Shown: piece after piece, positions 24,719 through 32,000 of the stretch
Layout of the letters: every line of letters starts with the position of its first letter
Position numbering within the stretch: the first letter of the stretch is position 1
Origin: Allobaculum fili
GTDB lineage: Bacteria; Bacillota_I; Bacilli_A; Erysipelotrichales; Erysipelotrichaceae
Reading direction: 5' to 3'
Length of the DNA: 32,000 nucleotides
Assembly: GCF_020969955.1 (NCBI RefSeq)
Contig: NZ_JAHDSX010000010.1
Coordinates: 1 to 32,000, forward strand
Notes under the pieces: generated by a model
The model's database searches: none
The model's input: the letters and a program-made list of their open reading frames with translations, nothing else
Told to the model about the DNA's origin: nothing
Translations under genes and position numbers: made by a program

Positions 24719-27700
24719 GTGAACGTTGTCTACTCTGCAGGCATTGACCAGTACACGAAAGATCATGCAGCAGATGTTTTCAAGCTTCTTGGCGAGGATG
24801 TAAAACTCACGACGAGCGATGCTGCTGTTGAGGGAAAAACAAACCTGCTGGTCGGAATCCAGGGCGAGGATTCTCCGGCGAAAACCTACTTTGACACGCA
24901 TACCATTACGGCTGAGGATCTCTTTTCCAAGACCGATAGCTATGCGCTTGAAATTCAGGATGGAACGATTGCCATTCTGGGCGTTTCTACCGATGCCGCC
25001 TTCTATGGCCTGACTTCGCTGAAACACATCTTCAAACAGGTGGAAAACAAGGAAGTTCGAAACCTGCGCATGGAAGACTTCGCGGACGTTAAGACCCGCG
25101 GATTTATCGAAGGCTACTACGGAAACCCGTGGTCCTTTGAAGACCGTGCGGATCTGATGACATTTGGCGGCGACTATAAGCTCAACGGCTATTTCTACGC
25201 CCCGAAAGACGACCCCAAGCACAATGCAAAATGGCGTGAACTGTATACCGAAGAAGAACTGAAAAACCACGCCATGCTGGCGGAAGCGGGAAACAAATCC
25301 AAATGCTATTACATTTACGCGCTTCATCCCTTTATGACCAATGCGATCAGCTTCGGTTCCAATTACCAGAGCGATCTGAAGATCATCAAGGACAAGTTTG
25401 AACAGATGATGGGTGTGGGCGTAAAACAGTTCGCCATTCTGGCTGACGATGCCGGTGTTCCAGGCGGCGAACCGCAGAACTACGTAACGCTCATGACCGA
25501 TCTGACCAACTGGCTCAAAACCAAGCAGTCCGAATATCCGGGCCTGAAAACCGACATGATTTTCTGTCCGAACGACTATATGGGCAACGGCAGCAGCCAG
25601 CAGATGCAGACGCTCAAGCAGCTGCCGGATTCCGTTTCGATCATCGAAACCGGAGGACGTGTCTGGGGTGAAGTCGGTCCTTCCTTTAACAACCGTTTCT
25701 ATTCCAACATGGGGCGTCCAGCGTTCATGTGGATCAACTGGCCTTGCTCGGACAACACCAAGGATTCCCTGATCATGGGTGCCGCGCTGACCTTCCTGAA
25801 ACCGAATACGAATCCGGAAACCGTGAACGGTATCGTTCTGAACCCGATGCAGCAGTCGGAACCGTCCAAAGAGGCGATCTTCACCAATGCGGACTACGCC
25901 TGGAACATCTGGACTTCGGAAGAAAAATACGATTCCGTATGGCACGATTCCTTTAACTATATCGACCATGGCGATTCCACAGATACCATCGGTTCTGCCG
26001 CGTATCGTGAACTGTCCAAGCACATGCAGTATTCGAGAGCTGTGAACACGGAAGAATCCGTTGAAATCAAGGATGCCATGAGCGCTCTGGGCAATAAGCT
26101 GGCAGCCGGCGACGCGACCGTCGTCGACGATGTAAAAGCGCTCCGTCCTGAATTCGAAAAACTGCACCAGGCCGCCCTGGATTACCGTGAATATACCGGC
26201 AACGAACGTACCCTTGGCCAGATCACGTACTGGATTGATGCCTGGGAAGATACGACCGATGCGATTCTTGGCTACTTCGATACCATCGACAAGCTGGAAA
26301 GCGGCGCACCGCTGTCGGAAATCTGGGATTCGTTCTCCGCAGCACAGGCTGCCCGCGACCAGTCCGAAACGCATAAACTCTGGTACATCGATCACTGGGA
26401 ATATGCGAAAGCCGGAACGAAATACGTCACTCCGTTCATGAACCGTCTGGACACGCTTCTGTCTGACCAGATTCTGCCGCTCGTTGATCCGAGTGCAGAC
26501 CGCGTTCATATCATTACCAACCGTATCGATACGCCGACCGGCTCCATGGCCAACGCCACCGATGGCAATCCGAATACGGAAATCATTTACAAAACCCCAA
26601 GCAAAGTAGAACCTGGCGATTACATCGGTGTCATGCGCACAACCCCGATTGATGTCGATTCTGTCAGCATCCTTCTTGGTCAGTCCGGAAACCTGAACGA
26701 TACATTCCCGTCCGCCAAACTGCAGTACACCCAGGATGGCGTAAACTGGATCGATATCGGAGAAGAAACGAGCAGTACCACCGACATGAGCCAGACTGGC
26801 CTTGGCCTGAAAAACGTTCTGGGCATGCGCGTTCTGTGCACAGGCAGTAACCCGAACATCTGGCTTGGCGTCCGTGACTTTGTCCTCAATCCAGAAGCCG
26901 GAGGCGACAGCGGGGAAACCGGAGAAGGCTCCTTCTCCCTCCCTGCAGGAAATGGCGCATATCAGACGAACACGAAAGAGAAAGCCTATGACGGCGATGC
27001 TTCCACGTACCTGTGGACCAACCAGAAAGCCGCTGTCGGCGATACCTTTACCTGGACATACGGCGAAGAAGTCCGCGCACGCAACGTCCATATCATTATG
27101 GGCAACGGCTCTTCCGCCGATAAATGGACCAGCTTCGTTCTCGAAACGTCTGTAGACGGAACGAACTGGACCGAACACAAAACGTTCACCAGTACGCCAA
27201 AAGGCGCCGATGAATACAACTTCGACCTGCAGAACGCATCGGTAAAATACGTGCGTCTGCGCAACCTCGAAGCGGTAGAAAATTGGGTTCAGCTTTCTGA
27301 ATTTACTGTAGAAACCGAAGCTGGCGATCCGTACAACGCCAGCCATCTGATGACCAACACCGACATTGAAGCCGGCGTCTTCTTCACCGCAGCCGAAAGC
27401 AAACTGAAGGCGGAAGGCAGCATTACGCTCCAGCCGGGCGAATACCTCGGTATGGATCTGGAACGCATCGTTGAGATGGAATCGATTGATCCAGGAACTG
27501 ATGCAGCAGGTCTGAGCGTTCAGACAAGCCGCAACGATTACGAATGGCAGGCATTTGATGCCAAAGATCCGATTGGCCGCTATGTCCGTCTGATCAACAA
27601 TACCGACCAGCCGGTAACCTTCACCATCGACGATGTAATGACCGTTACATGCAAGACCGAAGCGGTGATCAAGCTGGATTCCTCGACGATGGGCAAAGAT

Positions 27701-28756
27701 GACGAGTACGGCTATCAGGATACCCGCAATAACGGCGCAGCCTTTGACGGCGACGTAGATACGACAACCCTCTTTGCGGACTACCCGAAAGCGGGCCAGA
27801 ACATCATCTACGATCTTGGACAGCTCCGTCCGGTTTCCAAAGTGACGATTTACACGCAGGATTCCGCAACCAACTACCTGACCGACTTCAAAGTCTCTGT
27901 TTCTGCCGATAAGGGAAACTGGACCGAAGTCTTTACAATCGGTGATGGTCAGCCCGATACCAATGAGCTGACAGTCAATGCGGTAAACTCCGAACTCTTT
28001 ACCGCGTCTTCCACCTATCCAAACAAAGTCATGGCTTCCGGCGAAATTACTTCGACGAATGCCCGCTACGTGAAGATTGAGTTCACTGCCGATAACGACG
28101 TTCGCTTCGCTGGCTTCAATGAAATTGAAATTAATGACGGCGCGTACGTTCCGGTTTACAACGCCGCATTCCGTACGGATTCCGCACAGCGCGAAGACTA
28201 TATTCCAGCTAACCTGGTTGACGGCAGTCTTGCTACCGCATGGACACCGGATACCGATGCAGCCGGATTCATCGAATACGACTACTCCGAAGGCCTCGAA
28301 AAGAACCACTTCAACGTCATCACCAAAGGCGACGCCAGCAAGGCTGCCTTCTCCGTTCTTGGCGTTAAAGACGGCGAAAAGAAATGGTACGACCTCGGAA
28401 CGCTCGACCATTCGCTCAGCCAGTTCGCAGTCGATATCGATAAAGTGCTGACCGTGAAGATCAGCTGGCCGGAAGGCACACAGCCAGTCGTTTCGGAAAT
28501 CATCGCCTACAAGGCATCCCTCGAAGAAATCGATACGACGCTGCTGAAAGCCGCAATCGATAAAGGCGAAGGTCTCACGCTGAGTGATTTCAACGAAGCG
28601 TCCCAGAGTGCCCTTGGGGCCGGACTTGACAGCGCAAAAGCGGCTTACCGCAATAAGCGCAGTCAGGAAGCGGTCGATGCAGCAGCCAAGAGCCTGAACG
28701 ATGTTCTGCTCGAAGCCCGAAAGACCCCTTCGGCTTCTGCACTCGAAGAAATCTAA
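24719..28756 (+). CDS. GH84 beta-N-acetylglucosaminidase (NagH/NagJ-like) with multiple CBM32/F5-8 type C modules and a C-terminal FIVAR; N-terminally disrupted, possibly a pseudogene
   Basis: RGFIEGYYGNPWSFEDR...KLNGYFYAPKDDPKHNAKWRELY...VKQFAILADDA is the GH84 catalytic-domain signature with the Asp-Asp pair. Downstream there are about five DG(D/N)xxTxW-type discoidin modules, then FIVAR. The frame is open from 24668, and GTG 24719 is only the first start-like codon and has no SD. Confidence 0.8.
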   Translation: MNVVYSAGIDQYTKDHAADVFKLLGEDVKLTTSDAAVEGKTNLLVGIQGEDSPAKTYFDTHTITAEDLFSKTDSYALEIQDGTIAILGVSTDAAFYGLTSLKHIFKQVENKEVRNLRMEDFADVKTRGFIEGYYGNPWSFEDRADLMTFGGDYKLNGYFYAPKDDPKHNAKWRELYTEEELKNHAMLAEAGNKSKCYYIYALHPFMTNAISFGSNYQSDLKIIKDKFEQMMGVGVKQFAILADDAGVPGGEPQNYVTLMTDLTNWLKTKQSEYPGLKTDMIFCPNDYMGNGSSQQMQTLKQLPDSVSIIETGGRVWGEVGPSFNNRFYSNMGRPAFMWINWPCSDNTKDSLIMGAALTFLKPNTNPETVNGIVLNPMQQSEPSKEAIFTNADYAWNIWTSEEKYDSVWHDSFNYIDHGDSTDTIGSAAYRELSKHMQYSRAVNTEESVEIKDAMSALGNKLAAGDATVVDDVKALRPEFEKLHQAALDYREYTGNERTLGQITYWIDAWEDTTDAILGYFDTIDKLESGAPLSEIWDSFSAAQAARDQSETHKLWYIDHWEYAKAGTKYVTPFMNRLDTLLSDQILPLVDPSADRVHIITNRIDTPTGSMANATDGNPNTEIIYKTPSKVEPGDYIGVMRTTPIDVDSVSILLGQSGNLNDTFPSAKLQYTQDGVNWIDIGEETSSTTDMSQTGLGLKNVLGMRVLCTGSNPNIWLGVRDFVLNPEAGGDSGETGEGSFSLPAGNGAYQTNTKEKAYDGDASTYLWTNQKAAVGDTFTWTYGEEVRARNVHIIMGNGSSADKWTSFVLETSVDGTNWTEHKTFTSTPKGADEYNFDLQNASVKYVRLRNLEAVENWVQLSEFTVETEAGDPYNASHLMTNTDIEAGVFFTAAESKLKAEGSITLQPGEYLGMDLERIVEMESIDPGTDAAGLSVQTSRNDYEWQAFDAKDPIGRYVRLINNTDQPVTFTIDDVMTVTCKTEAVIKLDSSTMGKDDEYGYQDTRNNGAAFDGDVDTTTLFADYPKAGQNIIYDLGQLRPVSKVTIYTQDSATNYLTDFKVSVSADKGNWTEVFTIGDGQPDTNELTVNAVNSELFTASSTYPNKVMASGEITSTNARYVKIEFTADNDVRFAGFNEIEINDGAYVPVYNAAFRTDSAQREDYIPANLVDGSLATAWTPDTDAAGFIEYDYSEGLEKNHFNVITKGDASKAAFSVLGVKDGEKKWYDLGTLDHSLSQFAVDIDKVLTVKISWPEGTQPVVSEIIAYKASLEEIDTTLLKAAIDKGEGLTLSDFNEASQSALGAGLDSAKAAYRNKRSQEAVDAAAKSLNDVLLEARKTPSASALEEI

Positions 28757-28818
28757 GTTTTACCCCGAACGCACAGATTCGATTTTGTGAAAACGGAATG
28801 ATGAAATATAAATCTGGT

Positions 28819-28869
28819 CCCGGATTTGGACGATGCCTGGATGGCTTCCAAATCCGGGGCCGTTTTTTG
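28819..28869 (+). terminator. Rho-independent terminator after GH84 copy 1
   Basis: CCCGGATTTGGA (28819-28830) pairs with TCCAAATCCGGG (28847-28858), followed by GCCGTTTTTT. Confidence 0.7.
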
Positions 28870-28968
28870 TGCAGGAGAGGGCACGACAGAACGAGATCGG
28901 AACGCGGTTTAAAACGCGCTGAATAGAAACCCAGTACATAGAATTCCGGCACTCGCACAGAAAGACAG

Positions 28969-29001
28969 GAAAATAAATAGAAAATAAATAGAAAATAAAT
29001 A
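28969..29001. repeat. 11-nt perfect tandem repeat x3 (GAAAATAAATA)
   Basis: Read directly: 28969-28979, 28980-28990 and 28991-29001 are identical. Confidence 0.9.
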
Positions 29002-29015
29002 TTGGAAACAGCGCA

Positions 29016-29042
29016 AGATCCTATCCGACACGGATAGGATCT
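29016..29042. repeat. perfect 12-bp inverted repeat (AGATCCTATCCG aca CGGATAGGATCT)
   Basis: Read directly. It lies about 50 nt upstream of the putative copy 2 promoter, so it could be an operator or an RNA hairpin. Confidence 0.85.
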
Positions 29043-29091
29043 GAGTGAAAAAAGTATCATTCCTTGATCTGAAAGAATTCCTTGAAAACGC

Positions 29092-29120
29092 TTGAGTGAA
29101 TACGCTCTCAATGGTACGCT
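29092..29120 (+). promoter_or_regulatory. putative promoter of GH84 copy 2
   Basis: TTGAGT, a 17-nt spacer, then TACGCT. It is positionally homologous to 24541-24569. Confidence 0.25.
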
Positions 29121-29162
29121 TAATCCGCTGCACCATTTTGAATGGTGTCATAAGGAGGAAAA

Positions 29163-32000
29163 ATGAGGAAAACTTCCAGGAAAATTGCGAGCAGCTTTTT
29201 AGCCGCCGCAATGCTGATTCCTTCATTCAGCCTGCCCGCTGCCGCATCCGAACCGGATACGGGAGCCGCAAGCGCTGAATATAAAATTTATCCGACGCCG
29301 CAGTCTGTTGTGTACGGAACAGGCGCGACGACGGTTTCTAAGGATGTCCATGTCGTGTATTCGGCAGGAATTGACCAGTTCACAAAAGACCATGCCAAAG
29401 AGGTATTCGCTCTGCTCGGTCAGGACGTAACCCTGAGCGAAGGCGACACGCCAGAAGAGGGCAAAACCAATCTGCTCGTCGGAATCCAGGGCGAGGAATC
29501 CCCCGCAGCGGATTATTTTGAAACCCATACGATTGCAGCCAAAGATCTGTTTGAAAAGACCGACAGCTATGCGCTGGAAATCGGCGAGGGAACGATTGCC
29601 ATTCTGGGCGTATCGACCGATGCGGCCTTTTACGGCCTGACGTCGCTGAAGCATATTTTCTCGCAGGTGGAAAACCGTGAGGTCCGCAGCCTGCGCATCG
29701 AAGATTTTGCCGACGTCAAAACCCGCGGCTTCATTGAAGGCTACTACGGAAACCCGTGGAGCCACGAAGACCGTCTCGATTTAATGAAATTTGGCGGCGA
29801 CTATAAGCTCAACGGCTACTTCTATGCGCCAAAAGATGACCCGAAGCATAACGCCAAATGGCGGGAACTGTATACGGAAGACGAGCTGCAGAAGCATAAA
29901 GAGCTTGCAGAAGCCGGCAACAAATCCAAGTGCTACTACATTTACGCGCTGCACCCCTTCATGCATAATGCCGTGAATTTCGGAGATAACTATGCGCGCG
30001 ATCTGAAGATCATCGAGGACAAATTCGAACAGCTGATGCAGGTCGGCGTAAAACAGTTCGCAATTCTGGCAGACGATGCCGCGGTGCCTGGCGGCAATCC
30101 GCAAAACTACGTCACGCTCATGACGGATCTGACCGAATGGATCAAAACTAAGCAGTCCGAATATCCGGGTCTGAAATCCGACATGATTTTCTGCCCGGCG
30201 GATTACATGGGCAACGGCTCGAGCGCGGAAATGCAGACGCTCAAGCAGCTGCCGGATTCGGTTTCCATCGTGCAGACCGGCGGCCGGATCTGGGGCGAAG
30301 TCGGACCTTCGTTCAACGATCCTTTTTATGAACGAATGGGACGCCCGGCGTTCATGTGGATCAACTGGCCATGCTCCGACAATACGAAAGACGGCCTGAT
30401 CATGGGCGGTGCCGAAGCGGTACTCAAGCCCAATACCAATCCAAATACGGTTAACGGCATCGTTCTGAACCCGATGCAGCAGTCGGAGCCCAGCAAGCAG
30501 GGTCTGTTCACCAACGCCGATTATGCGTGGAATATCTGGAGCGACGCGGATCACTACACTCAGGTATGGAACGACTCCTTCGCCTATATCGACCATGGAA
30601 CCGGTAAAGAAACCGCGGGTTCGAACGCCTATCGCGAGCTTTCCAAGCACATGAAAAACTCGAAGCAGATCGGCAACAGCGAATCCGAAGAACTCAGTCC
30701 GAAGCTGGACGCTTTTAAAGCAAAGCTGACTGGAAACCAGACGATTACGGACGAAGACATCGCCGAAATCCGCGCTGAATTTGAGAAGCTGCGTGATGCC
30801 GCAAGAACGTATCGCGAAGAAACCGGAAACAAACGGACGCTCTCGCAGATCATTTACTGGATTGACGCATGGGATGATACGACCAGCGCGGTGCTCGGCT
30901 ATCTCGATGCCCTCAGCGCACTGAATCACGGCGAATCCACCGCGGCGGTATGGGATCATTTTGCGAGCGCCCAGAACGCCAAGACCCAGGCGGGAACCCA
31001 TGGCTTCCATTACGTGGATCATACGGAATACGCCAAGGCGGGCCGCATTCACATCACGCCGTTCATGAACGCACTGGATTCGGCGCTTTCCGCACGGATT
31101 CTTCCGCTGATCGACCCGAACCTGGATACGGCGACGTTCATTACCAGCCGTTCGGATACGCCGGAAGGATCGCTGGACAATGTGTTTGACGGCAATGCCT
31201 CGACGCAGATCGTTTTCAAAACGCCAAGCACCCTTTCTGCAGGCGACTACGTTGGTGTCATATATACCCAGCCGAAAGACATTTACGAAATTCAGTTCCT
31301 GCTCGGTCAGTCCGGCAACCTGAATGATACGTTCTCCAAAGCCAAAGTGCAGATCACCGCGGACGGTAAAACCTGGACCGATCTGAATGACACCGTGTAT
31401 ACAACGCCGCAGGAAATCCATCTGAGTGATCTCGATCTGAAGGGCGTGCGAGGAGTCCGTGTTCTTTCTACCGAAGACAAAACCAACACCTGGCTTGGCG
31501 TTCGCGACATTCGAATCAATCCGGAGCAGGGGGGGAGCAGTGAGATCGAACTGCCTTCTTCCACCTTCACGCTGGGAGACGGCTGCGCCTACTATCAGCA
31601 GAGCACGGCGGATCAGATGACGGATGGCGATACGTCCACCTTCGCCTGGATTTCAACGCCAGGCGATTACGCACCAGTCGGCCCGATCGTAACCCGTACG
31701 TTCTCGGAGGCCGTTCAGCTTAACGAAATCGTCTTTGTCAACGGCGGCGCGAAAAACGATAAGCTCACGCATTTCGCTCTGGAATACTCCGAAGACGGTA
31801 CCACATGGAAAACCGCCGGCGAGTATACCGATCCAAAACCGGAGTCGGCGCAAAGTACCTTCCGTGTAAAACTTCATGGTGCAAGCGTAAAAGCCATTCG
31901 CATTAATAACCTGGAAAGCGTCCACAAATGGCTCCAGATTGCCGAATTCAACGTCGTTCCAGGCGACGGTTCGGATTACGATACAGAACATCTGATCACC
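29163..32000 (+). CDS. GH84 beta-N-acetylglucosaminidase paralog with an intact signal peptide and CBM32/F5-8C modules (partial, continues beyond the window)
   Basis: AAGGAGGAA SD. MRKTSRKIASSFLAAAMLIPSFSLPAAAS signal peptide, then EYKIYPTPQSVVYG..., RGFIEGYYGNPWSHEDR, YFYAPKDDPKHNAKWRELY and VKQFAILADDA. I read all 946 codons to position 32000 without a stop. It is absent from the ORF track because it has no stop in the window. Confidence 0.88.
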   Translation, partial: MRKTSRKIASSFLAAAMLIPSFSLPAAASEPDTGAASAEYKIYPTPQSVVYGTGATTVSKDVHVVYSAGIDQFTKDHAKEVFALLGQDVTLSEGDTPEEGKTNLLVGIQGEESPAADYFETHTIAAKDLFEKTDSYALEIGEGTIAILGVSTDAAFYGLTSLKHIFSQVENREVRSLRIEDFADVKTRGFIEGYYGNPWSHEDRLDLMKFGGDYKLNGYFYAPKDDPKHNAKWRELYTEDELQKHKELAEAGNKSKCYYIYALHPFMHNAVNFGDNYARDLKIIEDKFEQLMQVGVKQFAILADDAAVPGGNPQNYVTLMTDLTEWIKTKQSEYPGLKSDMIFCPADYMGNGSSAEMQTLKQLPDSVSIVQTGGRIWGEVGPSFNDPFYERMGRPAFMWINWPCSDNTKDGLIMGGAEAVLKPNTNPNTVNGIVLNPMQQSEPSKQGLFTNADYAWNIWSDADHYTQVWNDSFAYIDHGTGKETAGSNAYRELSKHMKNSKQIGNSESEELSPKLDAFKAKLTGNQTITDEDIAEIRAEFEKLRDAARTYREETGNKRTLSQIIYWIDAWDDTTSAVLGYLDALSALNHGESTAAVWDHFASAQNAKTQAGTHGFHYVDHTEYAKAGRIHITPFMNALDSALSARILPLIDPNLDTATFITSRSDTPEGSLDNVFDGNASTQIVFKTPSTLSAGDYVGVIYTQPKDIYEIQFLLGQSGNLNDTFSKAKVQITADGKTWTDLNDTVYTTPQEIHLSDLDLKGVRGVRVLSTEDKTNTWLGVRDIRINPEQGGSSEIELPSSTFTLGDGCAYYQQSTADQMTDGDTSTFAWISTPGDYAPVGPIVTRTFSEAVQLNEIVFVNGGAKNDKLTHFALEYSEDGTTWKTAGEYTDPKPESAQSTFRVKLHGASVKAIRINNLESVHKWLQIAEFNVVPGDGSDYDTEHLIT

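Noticed and set aside
24613-24760. Programmed +1 ribosomal frameshift joining the signal peptide to the GH84 copy 1 body.
   Set aside because: Comparison with copy 2 shows a simple loss of about 77 nt, including conserved mature-protein residues. I see no slippery or shifty site. A deletion is the more economical explanation.
24659-28411. A 1250-aa antisense ORF opposite GH84 copy 1, as a possible giant overlapping gene. Similar cases: 29781-31421, 29223-29765, 20450-21586, 5570-6598, 6939-7955, 4337-5110, 8563-9423, 9724-10647, 2628-3200, 12882-13508 and 16750-17499.
   Set aside because: All are in exact codon register with a well-supported sense gene, so their openness follows from avoidance of TTA/CTA/TCA. 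Their translations are F/V/G/R/I-rich with no recognisable domains. They lack SD sites, and their ends coincide with the rare sense TCA/TTA/CTA codons.
28969-29001. Tandem repeats considered as a possible CRISPR or mini-array. The repeats at 19611-19795 were considered too.
   Set aside because: The units are 11-13 nt and directly abutting, with no spacers. No cas genes are present. This is not a CRISPR architecture.

Overview
This looks like a chromosomal segment of a Gram-positive (Bacillota-type) bacterium. Support: spx, smpB-tmRNA, a pfkA-pyk operon, GGAGG-type Shine-Dalgarno (SD) sites and hairpin plus T-run terminators. GC content is mid-range by eye; I did not compute it.

Left third:
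- tRNA-Gln and an MreB-like gene with eroded nucleotide-binding motifs.
- infA-rpoA without the usual rpmJ-rpsM-rpsK/rplQ neighbours.
- A CydD/CydC-type ABC exporter pair. The CydC ATPase domain stops after its signature motif and is fused in frame to a nitrous-oxide-stimulated-promoter-family (NOSP) Cys-rich domain plus a YbaN/DUF454 membrane domain.
- A Uup-like ABC-F ATPase.

Middle:
- An EIIA-like protein lacking both active-site His, a LEA-like repeat protein and an orphan XRE regulator.
- smpB-ssrA(tmRNA)-tRNA-Ala, followed by about 2 kb of decayed, low-coding-density DNA. That DNA holds a frameshifted, catalytically dead CI/LexA-type repressor.
- An S51 peptidase, spx, a class II Fic protein, bcp and pfkA-pyk.

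Right third is a surface-glycosidase locus in flux:
- A 5'-truncated Flg_new/FIVAR surface-protein pseudogene with two in-frame stops and one frameshift.
- Two tandem paralogous GH84 beta-N-acetylglucosaminidase genes with CBM32/F5-8C modules.
- Copy 1 has lost about 77 nt, which uncouples its signal peptide from the enzyme body.
- Copy 2 (29163 to beyond 32000) is absent from the ORF track only because it runs off the window.

I saw no CRISPR array, rRNA, transposase, integrase or reverse transcriptase. The many very long antisense ORFs are codon-register shadows of the real genes. I did not find a convincing novel multi-gene system. The most unusual items are the CydC triple fusion, the GH84 locus lesions, the isolated infA-rpoA pair and the decayed element next to tmRNA/tRNA-Ala.
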